Position numbers and translations under genes: made by a program
Notes under the pieces: model-generated
The model's input: the letters and a program-made list of their open reading frames with translations, nothing else
Told to the model about the DNA's origin: nothing
Database searches by the model: none
Shown here: positions 1-9,173 of the stretch, piece by piece
Numbering within the stretch: position 1 is the stretch's first letter
How the letters are laid out: each line of letters opens with the position of its first letter
From: Armatimonadota bacterium
GTDB taxonomy: Bacteria > Armatimonadota > Hebobacteria > CAIYQO01
Reading direction: 5' to 3'
DNA: 64,000 nt
Assembly (NCBI GenBank): GCA_038248345.1
Contig: JBBRXO010000001.1
Coordinates: 32,001 to 96,000, forward strand

Positions 1-86
1 ACATCAGACATTTTCGTACTTTGTAACGAAAAATTTGGTTTTGGGTCCAATTGCTTATTGTAGATGCAATAGCAGCCTGAGGAGCC

Positions 87-1952
87 CTATTTCATTTGCG
101 CAAACCAGGCGGCCAGAGTTACGGCTGGCCAGACGTACATCCAGGTATCCCGCCGCACGGTTACATCGTCTAGATAGCAGGCGAAATATTCATCCAGTCT
201 GGCGATGTCGACGTACGCTGCCAGCCGCTCGCGTTGGGCGGCCAGCGTCGCACGCAACAGTGTTATATCCATGCTCATGGCCCCATCTACATGCGGGGCC
301 ATATCAGCCTTGCCTTTGCGCAATTGTATCGCCGGCGGCAGAATACCATGCAATGCATGACGAATTATATAGCGACTGAAGCCGTTATGGTATTTCTGCT
401 CGGGCGGCATTGCCAGACAGAACTCGACCAATCGTTTATCCCAGAATGGGTAGCGGCCTTCCAACCCAAAATTGGCGCAAACCATATCAAACGATTCAAA
501 GATCATCTGGTAAAAACCCAACGAAAGATCATTGTACTGCGCTTCACGATCAGACCAGACCCGCTGCATCTTCCGGTTGAAATCACTTTTAATCTTACTG
601 ATCTGATAACGCTTGTGCAACTCGTGGCGAATTGGGTATTTGATGCGTTTGCCATGTCCATCCGGGTTATTACTAATTAGCGCGGTAATTATCGGTTTAA
701 AACCCATCTGCCAGGCAAAACGAATGGCGTCTTTACGCCCGGTACCCCACACCGCGTAGGCCTCGCGGTAGAGTGTACGCCATTTCATCCCCAGCGCCAA
801 CTCTACAAGATACTTCTCACCGTGGCCGATTGCGTTATCACCACCGAAACCTTCCAACATCGTGCGAACACCGCAGAAACGTGCCGAAGTATATGTACCT
901 TTATGGAGATATATCGTAGTGCCGTAGTAGGGCTCATCTTGCGCCTGCTGCACATCCCAATATGCTTGATAAGGGCTAATTTCATCCATCGGCACCAGGT
1001 GCGGGTCTATCCCCCCCTGCGCTATGACGGCGTTAATGTACTCACGTTCATCACATTCCGGCAACTTGTCATATACCGCTGAGAAAGTCTGCAGTCCCCT
1101 CCCCTGCCCTTCCTGCTGTAATATATCACGCGCCATGCAGGTGATGGAGGAAGAATCGATCCCCCCGCTTAGTGCAGAGCCCAGCGGATAGATACTGCGA
1201 AGCCGGCACCGCACCGCTTCTGCAAATACCTCGCGGAAAGCGGAGCCATATTCTGCATTTGAGTTGAAGCGAATCTCCCTGCTTGGATCTAATGACCAGT
1301 ATCGCTCAACTTTAATGCCTTCGGAATTAACCGTCAAAGTACTGGCCGCCGGCAACCGATGCAACTGCTGATAGAAGCAGTCCGCTTTATCCTCAAAAAT
1401 ACATAATGACAGATATTGGGTGATCTTTTCTTCATTCAATTCACGGGGAATCTGCGGTAATGCGAGTAATCCGCGCACCTGGGTGGCGAAATAGAATTCG
1501 TCTTGTTGAAAAGCATAGTAGAATGGCTTCACACCGAAATGATCGCGCGCACAAAAAAGCTTATGCTGCCAGCCATCCCAGATTGCAAAAGCGAAGTCTC
1601 CTACCAGATGATCGGCGCATTTAGCTCCCCAGCGAACATAGGACGCCAGGATCAGCGCACTGTCGCTAACACCCTCATCAGTGAGATTCAAGCTACCGAG
1701 TAACTCGTTCCGATTATCAATCCGGGCATCTGCGGTAATTGCCAGCCGTGCTTCCGCATCATAAAAAGGAAGCGTTTCCTGCAGCGACTCTGGAGTTGTA
1801 AAAGACATCTGGTGGCCGAAACCAATTTTCCCATGAAACCAAATGCCGTTGCTATCCGGCCCACGATGCACTAATGCTTCCTGCATCATCTCCAGGTCGC
1901 GATGCAGGATGGGGCGCTCTTTAATATTATAGATGCCGGTTATCGCGGACAT
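87..1952 (-). CDS. Lasso peptide isopeptide-bond-forming cyclase (asparagine synthetase-like, C protein)
   Basis: 621 aa. AsnB-like fold with HRGPD, RDHFGVKPFYY, the ATP-binding SGGIDSS loop and RYPFWDKRLVEF. It starts MSAITG (Ser in place of the glutaminase Cys1). It follows the B2 and B1 genes and overlaps B2. Confidence 0.9.
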   Translation of the reverse strand: MSAITGIYNIKERPILHRDLEMMQEALVHRGPDSNGIWFHGKIGFGHQMSFTTPESLQETLPFYDAEARLAITADARIDNRNELLGSLNLTDEGVSDSALILASYVRWGAKCADHLVGDFAFAIWDGWQHKLFCARDHFGVKPFYYAFQQDEFYFATQVRGLLALPQIPRELNEEKITQYLSLCIFEDKADCFYQQLHRLPAASTLTVNSEGIKVERYWSLDPSREIRFNSNAEYGSAFREVFAEAVRCRLRSIYPLGSALSGGIDSSSITCMARDILQQEGQGRGLQTFSAVYDKLPECDEREYINAVIAQGGIDPHLVPMDEISPYQAYWDVQQAQDEPYYGTTIYLHKGTYTSARFCGVRTMLEGFGGDNAIGHGEKYLVELALGMKWRTLYREAYAVWGTGRKDAIRFAWQMGFKPIITALISNNPDGHGKRIKYPIRHELHKRYQISKIKSDFNRKMQRVWSDREAQYNDLSLGFYQMIFESFDMVCANFGLEGRYPFWDKRLVEFCLAMPPEQKYHNGFSRYIIRHALHGILPPAIQLRKGKADMAPHVDGAMSMDITLLRATLAAQRERLAAYVDIARLDEYFACYLDDVTVRRDTWMYVWPAVTLAAWFAQMK

Positions 1953-2380
1953 GGCTCTCCCAGGGAAATCGGCGGAAAAGAAGTAAACCCGTGGCGTGCA
2001 CTGCCCCCGATAATAATGGTTCCATCACATACTAACCAGGCGTGGGCCAACAGTTTTTTTTCCTGCGGATCTACACCAATAAGCAACTCCGAAGTGTAAC
2101 CAAAATGCCGTAAAAGTATGCCCGCCGCCAACGCCTGCGTGAGGCAAGAGGCATGCGGCACCACCCGGCTGGCAAGTACCACCATGCGGGCGATACGTCC
2201 CGGTTGCGGGCGCGTTGCCAGCGCCTGCTGCTTGTAGGTTACCTTTTTTATCTCCGAGAGATTGCGGTGAAATGGTCTACGATATAAGTTAATACGAACC
2301 TGCCAGACGATTGCGAGCGCCAGAAATAACAAGCCCCAATCCGACTTACTCAGTCGGCGCAAGCGCTGCAGCGGATTCAT
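1940..2380 (-). CDS. Lasso peptide leader peptidase B2 (transglutaminase-like)
   Basis: 146 aa with SCLTQALA (catalytic Cys), IGV and AHAWL (His) motifs; lies between the RRE and cyclase genes. Confidence 0.9.
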   Translation of the reverse strand: MNPLQRLRRLSKSDWGLLFLALAIVWQVRINLYRRPFHRNLSEIKKVTYKQQALATRPQPGRIARMVVLASRVVPHASCLTQALAAGILLRHFGYTSELLIGVDPQEKKLLAHAWLVCDGTIIIGGSARHGFTSFPPISLGEPCPR

Positions 2381-2663
2381 CGTGAACCTCTATCAATTTA
2401 TTCGTATAAAGATGATTCAGCAGCTCCTGCAAATCCTGCAGGCACTGTTCGGGGGTAACATCGAATTCAGCCATGATGGCTTGTTGCATCGCGGCCACAG
2501 TTTTACCTTCTTGAATAAGAGTCCAGGTGATGGCGCCTTCTTGATTCAATCCATAGTAAATCCCGGTGGCCAAGTTCAACATCACTTGCTCGCCGGTGAC
2601 TTCCGCCGATACCAGATCTGTGGTGGTGACAAATTTCGTTTGCAAGGGAAATTCAATTGCCAT
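2346..2663 (-). CDS. PqqD-family RiPP recognition element (lasso B1)
   Basis: VMLNLATGIYYGLNQEGAITWTLI...EFDV...DLQELLNHL is a PqqD pattern. The ATG at 2663 has a GAAGGAG RBS. Confidence 0.9.
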   Translation of the reverse strand: MAIEFPLQTKFVTTTDLVSAEVTGEQVMLNLATGIYYGLNQEGAITWTLIQEGKTVAAMQQAIMAEFDVTPEQCLQDLQELLNHLYTNKLIEVHDESAAALAPTE

Positions 2664-2697
2664 GTTTTGAAACTCCTTCTGTAAAATTACTGATACC

Positions 2698-2726
2698 ATT
2701 TTACACTAGCTAGAAGGGAAAAACAA
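2698..2726 (-). promoter_or_regulatory. Sigma70-type promoter for the lasso B1-B2-C operon
   Basis: Minus strand: TTGTTT (2726-2721), 17-nt spacer, TAAAAT (2703-2698), about 35 nt upstream of the B1 start. Confidence 0.55.
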
Positions 2727-3237
2727 TGCTACCAGCAAAAACGACCGATAATGGTGAATCGCTCATCTTCCGTGACGCCTGTCAGCGCAATATCTCCACA
2801 ATTTAGCCAACTGTGCGCAGATATCGGAGTGGACATTATGCTACCTTTGGCTATACCCGGATTTACAATGAGGAGCGGTTGCACCAATCATTGGACTACC
2901 TCACGCCAGCGATGTTGTGGAACGCATAAAATTTCTCTGCAACTAGCGCGCGAGCTTTGGGGGCTACGCGCTCCCAAACCCCGCGGCAGGATACCACCCT
3001 GCACCCAAGTAGCCAGTCAGCTCATCAGGGCGTCCTGCCCTGATGACCCTCCTGGCACTGAATATGAAATTATGGATTTAGGGGATTTAGGGGATTTGCA
3101 ACCCACCAAATTATCGTATTTTTTATGTATTGACAGAGGTGACACTTTAAAAAATGCAGTGGAGAAATCAATATTGAGACAAATCCAATCAAATTTTTGC
3201 TATACTATTTGTGATTCACTGGAAAGGAATACGTGCG

Positions 3238-4227
3238 ATGAAAGTACTTGTCACTGGTGGTGCTGGCTATATCGGCAGCACCATCTGCTCTGCCCTGGAA
3301 GATAGTGGGCATACGCCTGTTATACTAGATTCGCTCATCACCGGCTGCGAGCGATTTACGCAAGGACGGGCCTTTTATAACGGTGATATCGCCGATACCA
3401 CCATATTGGCGCAGATATTCTCCGCGCATCCGGAGATCATCTGCACCATTCATTGCGCTGCTCTCATCAGCGTGCCGGAGTCCGTGGCGCTCCCCTACGA
3501 TTACTACCATAATAATGTGGCGAAGTCGCTGGCGCTTTTTCGCACGTTGGCGCAGCATGGCTGCTCTCATGTGGTCTTCAGCTCTTCTGCATCGGTGTAC
3601 GATGATCCTGCCGATTTTATTGTCACCGAGGCATCACCATTGAACCCCCGAAGCCCCTATGCACGAACAAAATATATGATGGAGTTAGTGCTACAAGATT
3701 TCTGTGCCGCATATGAATTACGTGGCATCGCGTTGCGCTACTTCAACCCCATCGGAGCCGACCCGCAAATGCGCAGCGGTTCCTACGTGGCGAACCCCGC
3801 ACATGTGCTGGGGAAGATCATGAGTGTGGCGGCAGGCAAGGAACCGGTCTTTAACATCACCGGCACCTACTGGCCCACCCGCGATGGCAGCGGGATCCGT
3901 GACTACATCCACGTGTGGGATCTTGCCCGCGCCCACGTGCTAGCCGTGGAGCGCCTGGAGCAGCTCTTCCTAGGTGGAGAGAAGTATCGGGTGATCAACC
4001 TGGGCACCGGCCGTGGTGTAACGGTGAAGGAGCTGGTCCACGCTTTTGAAAGCGTTACCCAACAACCCCTGAACGCCGTAGAAACCCCCGCCCGCCCCGG
4101 TGACATAGCTGGCGCCTACGCCAACGCTGATACCGCCGCGGAATTACTCGGTTGGCACGCCGAACTCCCCATAGAGCGCGGCATCGCCGATGCATTACAG
4201 TGGGAAAAAGTAAAAATAGGACATTAG
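3238..4227 (+). CDS. galE: UDP-glucose 4-epimerase
   Basis: MKVLVTGGAGYIGS, FSSSA, YARTK (YxxxK), LRYFNPIGA and RDYIHV motifs; AAGGA RBS; TGC-TATACT extended -10 at 3198-3206. Confidence 0.9.
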   Translation: MKVLVTGGAGYIGSTICSALEDSGHTPVILDSLITGCERFTQGRAFYNGDIADTTILAQIFSAHPEIICTIHCAALISVPESVALPYDYYHNNVAKSLALFRTLAQHGCSHVVFSSSASVYDDPADFIVTEASPLNPRSPYARTKYMMELVLQDFCAAYELRGIALRYFNPIGADPQMRSGSYVANPAHVLGKIMSVAAGKEPVFNITGTYWPTRDGSGIRDYIHVWDLARAHVLAVERLEQLFLGGEKYRVINLGTGRGVTVKELVHAFESVTQQPLNAVETPARPGDIAGAYANADTAAELLGWHAELPIERGIADALQWEKVKIGH

Positions 4228-4257
4228 CCGGGTATCCCCTGCTACCATCCCAACAAA

Positions 4258-4288
4258 AACGGCCTCCGATAAAAAATCGGAGGCCGTT
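4258..4288. terminator. Probable bidirectional intrinsic terminator between galE and the tRNA cluster
   Basis: Perfect 13-bp stem AACGGCCTCCGAT/ATCGGAGGCCGTT between convergent genes, with A/T-rich flanks. Confidence 0.75.
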
Positions 4289-4298
4289 ATAAAAACTT

Positions 4299-4376
4299 TG
4301 GGGTGGGTAATCGGATTCGAACCGACGACCTCTAGTGCCACAAACTAGCGTTCTAACCTGCTGAACTATACCCACC
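4299..4376 (-). tRNA. tRNA-His (GTG)
   Basis: Cloverleaf with the His-specific G-1:C73 pair, anticodon GTG, GTTCGAATC T-loop and encoded CCA. Confidence 0.95.
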
Positions 4377-4397
4377 ACGAACTACCGACATTAATAT

Positions 4398-4473
4398 TGG
4401 TGCGCCCAGCAGGGCTCGAACCTGCGGCCTACTGCTTAGAAGGCAGTTGCTCTATCCGCTGAGCTATGGGCGC
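4398..4473 (-). tRNA. tRNA-Arg (TCT)
   Basis: GCGCCCATAGCTCAG...ACTGC-CT-TCT-AA-GCAGT...GGTTCGAGCCC...CCA. Confidence 0.95.
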
Positions 4474-4476
4474 AGG

Positions 4477-4551
4477 TGGAGCGGGAGACGGGGCTCGAAC
4501 CCGCGACATCCAGCTTGGAAGGCTAGCGCTCTACCACTGAGCTACTCCCGC
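4477..4551 (-). tRNA. tRNA-Gly (TCC)
   Basis: GCGGGAGTAGCTCAGTGG...CT-TCC-AA...GTTCGAG...TCCA. Confidence 0.95.
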
Positions 4552-4597
4552 CCAACTTCTTCTTTTTGCACCACTTTTCAATATACCATTTTAAAAA

Positions 4598-4674
<77 letters not shown>

Positions 4675-4687
4675 TTACGCCTTGTGA

Positions 4688-4716
4688 AGTATAACTAAAT
4701 AGCTCCTCTTCGTCAA
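4688..4716 (-). promoter_or_regulatory. Sigma70 promoter of the tRNA operon
   Basis: Minus strand TTGACG, 17 nt, TATACT, just upstream of tRNA-Pro. Confidence 0.8.
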
Positions 4717-4773
4717 CATGCAATATCTGACAATCTTTTCGGGGACTTTTTCCGCATTTTTGCTCCAGTTTAA

Positions 4774-4802
4774 TTGACGAGGTAAAAAGCGTTTGCTATA
4801 CT
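4774..4802 (+). promoter_or_regulatory. Sigma70 promoter of the response regulator gene
   Basis: TTGACG, 17 nt, TATACT, with a TGn extended -10. Confidence 0.75.
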
Positions 4803-4865
4803 CTTTATGGAAATTACGCCAATTACTTGAGTGGCGTCGGATACAGAAATGAAAGGTGCATGAAA

Positions 4866-5270
4866 ATGCCGAAAAAAGTACTGGCATGCGATGACGAGAG
4901 ACACATTGTCCGCCTTATTCAGGTTAATCTTGAGCGTGCAGGTTATGAAGTAGTCACCGCGTTCGATGGCCGTGAAGCGCTAAAGAAAATTGATGAAGAA
5001 CACCCAGACATGGTCATCCTTGACGTAATGATGCCCTACATGGACGGTTTCGAAACGCTGAAGAATATCCGTGCTAATCCGGCGACGCGAAATCTGCCTG
5101 TTATCATGCTCACTGCCAAGGCACAAGATCAGGATGTTTTTCAGGGATATTCCCACGGTGTCGATATCTATTTGACGAAACCTTTTAATCCTTTGGAACT
5201 ATTGACCTTCGTGAAACGCATCTTCACCGAAATGGAGTCAGACGAAAATGACAACGTGTACACCGTCTAA
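4866..5270 (+). CDS. Single-domain response regulator (REC only)
   Basis: ACDDE, LDVMMP (phospho-Asp), MLTA and YLTKPF motifs; no output domain. The start could be 4860. Confidence 0.9.
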   Translation: MPKKVLACDDERHIVRLIQVNLERAGYEVVTAFDGREALKKIDEEHPDMVILDVMMPYMDGFETLKNIRANPATRNLPVIMLTAKAQDQDVFQGYSHGVDIYLTKPFNPLELLTFVKRIFTEMESDENDNVYTV

Positions 5271-5472
5271 ATGTAATTCAGGTGGTTCTGCCTTTGCTCT
5301 ACTGACCGGGATAGTCCTTGCTATGAGTGCGGTTGCAGTGGTGATGGTACTGGCGCATCACCCTGGATGCACTAAAATCAATCCCCAGGAAGAGACTGAC
5401 CGACGGATTGACGAGCTGGAGAAATCAATACACAACCTGCAGAGCAGCTTCTCTGATACCGTCAAATCCTGA
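5248..5472 (+). CDS. Small membrane-anchored protein with a short coiled-coil tail
   Basis: One hydrophobic helix followed by DRRIDELEKSI; overlaps the end of the response regulator gene. Confidence 0.55.
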   Translation: MTTCTPSKCNSGGSAFALLTGIVLAMSAVAVVMVLAHHPGCTKINPQEETDRRIDELEKSIHNLQSSFSDTVKS

Positions 5473-5593
5473 CCGTACCGGTTTTATAATGGATTCCCCC
5501 GCCCTCGGTCCTTCAGCCGGGGGTGGTTTTGTTAAAATCATCCGGCAAATAGCAGAAAAACCATCCTGAAGATGCTATGAAGAATAACCTCCT

Positions 5594-6613
5594 ATGTTCT
5601 CTGATTTCAATTGGCGAAATATATGGTTTACCCCCGAAACCGGCCGCTTCCGCAGCGGGTGGCGCGTGGCAATATACTTGCTATTGGCAAGTACCTTATC
5701 CGGTATGCTCAAGGAGTTCTTTGATCTGCTCCTCAAAATCAGACCGCTCCCCTTTCCTGTAACTCCATCAATTGATTTTGCCATCAGAGATTTTTGTGGT
5801 TTTTTAGCTGCTTTTGCCGTTGGCGTATGGGCTTTGCGCGTGCTGGAGTTATTGCCCCCCCGCGCTTTAGGGGTATCGCTGGAGAAAAATACCACTCGAC
5901 GTTTTTTTTTCGGCATCGCGGCGGGGATGGCATTGATATTATGCTATTGCGTGCTGGCTTTCTTCTCGGGTAGCCTCAGCTGGGAGTTAATATCTATCCC
6001 CAGCAAACAACTGCTATATCTGGCTTTAGCGCTCACATTGTATCTTATTGTGGCCTTTTTCGAGGAACTCCTTTTCCGCGGCTATTACTTTCAAACTTGC
6101 TTACGTGCCTTTGGTTTGTTGCCGACACTGTTGGTTTCATCGATAATCTTTGCCGCTGCCCATGCCAACAATAGCAGCATCTCCCTGATAGGATATGCCA
6201 ATATTGGGATTGTGGGGATTTTTCTCGCCTTGCTCTACCTGCGGTCCGGGTCACTCTGGGCACCCATCGGTTTTCACTTTGGGTGGAATTTTGCGCAGGT
6301 ACTCTTCGGATTTAAAGTAAGCGGCATGAGCAGCATCTTCACTTCGCCGTTTAATGCACTGCCACAAAATCATCCGTGGAGCGCTCTCCTGGCTGGCGAC
6401 GGCTTTGGCCCGGAGGGTGGGATCATCTGCTCGGCCATTCTTCTCGCCGCCGTGGCCGTGGCCGCCCGTGGTCCCTGGGGCATCAGTCTCGATGATGAAT
6501 GGTGGCGCTGGCCCGATGCACAAATCAAAGCAAAAAAACCACCTGTCTGGGATTTTACTATTGGACATAGTTATTTCCAATGGAAACTACCAGCTGATCG
6601 CCGTGATGATTGA
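5594..6613 (+). CDS. CPBP (CAAX/Abi) intramembrane metalloprotease
   Basis: EELLFRG, FAAAH and HFGWN motifs; multiple TM helices. Confidence 0.85.
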   Translation: MFSDFNWRNIWFTPETGRFRSGWRVAIYLLLASTLSGMLKEFFDLLLKIRPLPFPVTPSIDFAIRDFCGFLAAFAVGVWALRVLELLPPRALGVSLEKNTTRRFFFGIAAGMALILCYCVLAFFSGSLSWELISIPSKQLLYLALALTLYLIVAFFEELLFRGYYFQTCLRAFGLLPTLLVSSIIFAAAHANNSSISLIGYANIGIVGIFLALLYLRSGSLWAPIGFHFGWNFAQVLFGFKVSGMSSIFTSPFNALPQNHPWSALLAGDGFGPEGGIICSAILLAAVAVAARGPWGISLDDEWWRWPDAQIKAKKPPVWDFTIGHSYFQWKLPADRRDD

Positions 6614-6662
6614 ACGAAAAAGATTATCCCGCTAAAATAGACATACATTTTGAGGTAAAAAT

Positions 6663-8342
6663 ATGCGATTTTCGACACTATTCGCCCCCACCCTGCGCGA
6701 GGTCTCTGCTGATGTGGAGATGACTAGCCATAAACTGCTCTTACGTGCGGGCTATATCCGCCAGCTGGCCGCTGGTGTGTACAGCTTCCTGCCGCTGGGC
6801 TGGCGCGTGCTACGCCGGGTGGAGCAGATCGTACGCGACGAAATGGACGCCGCCGGAGCACAGGAGTTACTTCTCCCTACCCTGCACCCGCAAGAGCTGT
6901 GGGCGGAGAGCGGGCGCGAGGCACGAATGCAGGATGTGCTGCTGGCCACTAAAGACCGCAAGGGGGGCATCTTCTATCTGGGCCCCACACATGAAGAGGT
7001 TATCACAGACCTGGTACGCAAGAACATCAAGTCATATCGCGAATTACCGCTGACGCTTTATCAGATCCAGACGAAGTTCCGCGACGAGCCGCGCCCCCGC
7101 GGTGGGCTGGTGCGCACGCGTGAGTTCATCATGAAGGATGCCTACTCCTTTGATCGGGACGCGGAAGGGCTGGATAAAATCTACCAGCGGATGCACACCG
7201 TGTACCTGAGTATCTTCGCTAAATGCGGGCTGGAGATAACCCCGGTGGCGGCCAGCGGCGGGGCTATCGGCGGCAAAGAGACAGTCGAATTCATGTTGCT
7301 GACCGATGCGGGCGAGGACAGCATCCTCATCTGCCCGGAGTGTGGCTATGCCGCCAACCAGGAGATTGCAGACTTCAAGCCGGTAGACAACGCCAGCATG
7401 GAAGCGCCAGCGGCACTAGCCAGCGTGGATACCCCTGATACTCATACCGTACAGCAGGTGTGCGAGTTCCTCCATACCAAAGCGGAGAAGCTGCTCAAAA
7501 CGCTCATCTATATGGCCGACGGCAAACCGGTGGCGGCGCTCATTCGCGGCGATCAGGAGCTGAATGAGGGGCGTTTCCGCGTGCTATTAGGCGCTGATAC
7601 GCTGGAAATGGCCACCCCGGAGCAGATTCTGGCGGCCACCGGCGGGCCGGTAGGCTTCAGCGGCCCCGTAGGGCTGAATATCCCCATCTATGCCGATGAA
7701 GAGCTAAGCGGGATGACTAATCTTATCACCGGGGGCAATGCGAACAATCTCCATCTGACCAATGTGAACTGGACCGACGTCAAAGGGGAAATCACCTGGG
7801 GGCGGCTACGCTTCGCTACTGCCAGTGACTCCTGCGCGTGTTGCGGGGCCGCATTCACCGAGCGACGCGGAATGGAGCTGGGGCATATCTTCAAGCTTGC
7901 CTACAGCATCAGTGAACCACTGAAAGCCATATTCGCCGATGAGGACGGCAGCGAAAAGACGGTGATCATGGGGTGCTACGGTATCGGCGTCAGCCGTATC
8001 CTCGCCGCAGTGGCGGAGGTGAGCAATGACGATAACGGCATCATCTGGCCGAAGAGTATCGCGCCCTACCAGGTAATTCTAATCGTCGCCAACACCGCCA
8101 ATGAGGAGCAACTGGCGCTGGGCGAAAAGCTTTACGCTGAGCTGCAAGCCGCCGGTATTGAGGTACTCTTTGATGATCGGGCGGAGCGTGCGGGGGTTAA
8201 ATTCAAAGACGCCGACCTCATCGGCATCCCCACGCAGGTAGTAGTGGGCAAACTGGCCGGGGAGAACAAAGTAGAGTTCCGCGACCGCGCCACCAAGTCG
8301 TCCGAGGTAATTGGGGCGAATGACGTAGTCGGGCGGGTATAA
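6663..8342 (+). CDS. proS: Proline--tRNA ligase
   Basis: LGPTHEE, KFRDEPRPRGGLVRTREFIMKDAYSF, MGCYGIG and FKDADLIG; INS editing domain present. Confidence 0.97.
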   Translation: MRFSTLFAPTLREVSADVEMTSHKLLLRAGYIRQLAAGVYSFLPLGWRVLRRVEQIVRDEMDAAGAQELLLPTLHPQELWAESGREARMQDVLLATKDRKGGIFYLGPTHEEVITDLVRKNIKSYRELPLTLYQIQTKFRDEPRPRGGLVRTREFIMKDAYSFDRDAEGLDKIYQRMHTVYLSIFAKCGLEITPVAASGGAIGGKETVEFMLLTDAGEDSILICPECGYAANQEIADFKPVDNASMEAPAALASVDTPDTHTVQQVCEFLHTKAEKLLKTLIYMADGKPVAALIRGDQELNEGRFRVLLGADTLEMATPEQILAATGGPVGFSGPVGLNIPIYADEELSGMTNLITGGNANNLHLTNVNWTDVKGEITWGRLRFATASDSCACCGAAFTERRGMELGHIFKLAYSISEPLKAIFADEDGSEKTVIMGCYGIGVSRILAAVAEVSNDDNGIIWPKSIAPYQVILIVANTANEEQLALGEKLYAELQAAGIEVLFDDRAERAGVKFKDADLIGIPTQVVVGKLAGENKVEFRDRATKSSEVIGANDVVGRV

Positions 8343-8424
8343 CGTAGCATGGGCACATAGCGGGTAATGACGAATCGTCGGTGGGATCGCGCGATTATTC
8401 AGGAAGACGTTCTCATATCGTACT

Positions 8425-8612
8425 GTAGCCCGCGCCCGCCGTAGCGCGTTGCTGTCAGAACAGCTCTGACATTCTTTACCTGCCCGGCTATCTCTCGATA
8501 ACCTGCCTAAAAACGGACGGAGTCAACGGAATATGCGGAGCTGGGTTTTTATTTACCGCTCATGATCATTACAAATACGCGCCACGGCGGGCGCGGGACG
8601 CCTGCGTTCCCA
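8425..8612. repeat. REP-like inverted repeat pair
   Basis: GTAG-CCCGCGCCCGCCGTAGCGCGT (8425-8449) and its inverted copy ACGCGCCACGGCGGGCGCGGG (8577-8597; 20/21 match), then GGGACGCCTGCGTTCCCA. Lies between convergent genes. Confidence 0.6.
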
Positions 8613-8616
8613 AGGA

Positions 8617-9078
8617 TTACACACTCGCTTTGCCCACCGGTTTGCCGTTGTGGAGTATCGCTTGGGGGGGAAGGCTTACTCCCAGGTAGGCGGTCATCTC
8701 ATCATCTTTGGCAATGGTGAAGATAACGCGGCCGCTGTCGCTGCGGAGAAAGACGTACTCGGCTTTGCTCTCACGTTTGCCAGCGCGGGCTTTGCGGGTG
8801 GAGTGCGCCGCGCCGCGATAGACGCAGGTGAACATCTCGCCATCATGCAACATAGCCGAGTCCGGCTGCGCCATCCAGTTATGCTGGAAGCGCTGCAGGA
8901 TAAATATTGATGCCTCCGGCTGTAAGGCCAGCAAAGCGCGCTCATGCGCCGGGGTGGCCCCGGCGATATGCGCCAGATCGATGCGCAGATCTATCTCGTG
9001 GTAGGTATTCTGTTCGGTAACCCGAAAGCGGCACCCATCTACCGACAATACCATCCCGGTGGTCAATTCAAATGTCAT
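8617..9078 (-). CDS. Hypothetical protein (weak DUF4178-like pattern)
   Basis: 153-aa ORF with an AGGA RBS; the family resemblance is by eye only. Confidence 0.55.
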   Translation of the reverse strand: MTFELTTGMVLSVDGCRFRVTEQNTYHEIDLRIDLAHIAGATPAHERALLALQPEASIFILQRFQHNWMAQPDSAMLHDGEMFTCVYRGAAHSTRKARAGKRESKAEYVFLRSDSGRVIFTIAKDDEMTAYLGVSLPPQAILHNGKPVGKASV

Positions 9079-9173
9079 TTTATTTCCTAACGTGGGTCAC
9101 ATCCAAAGCCCAATAAAATGGCGCAAGGCAGGTGCCCAATGTGAGTTACATATTAGATATCGTATAGTTACGA

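Noticed and set aside
2726..2806. 26-aa plus-strand ORF (MLPAKTTDNGESLIFRDACQRNISTI) as a lasso precursor
   Set aside because: On the opposite strand, too short for leader plus core, and lacks the T-x-G and YxxP pattern.
2751..3305. 184-aa plus-strand ORF upstream of galE
   Set aside because: Runs through hairpins, tandem repeats and the galE promoter; no family motif or clear RBS.
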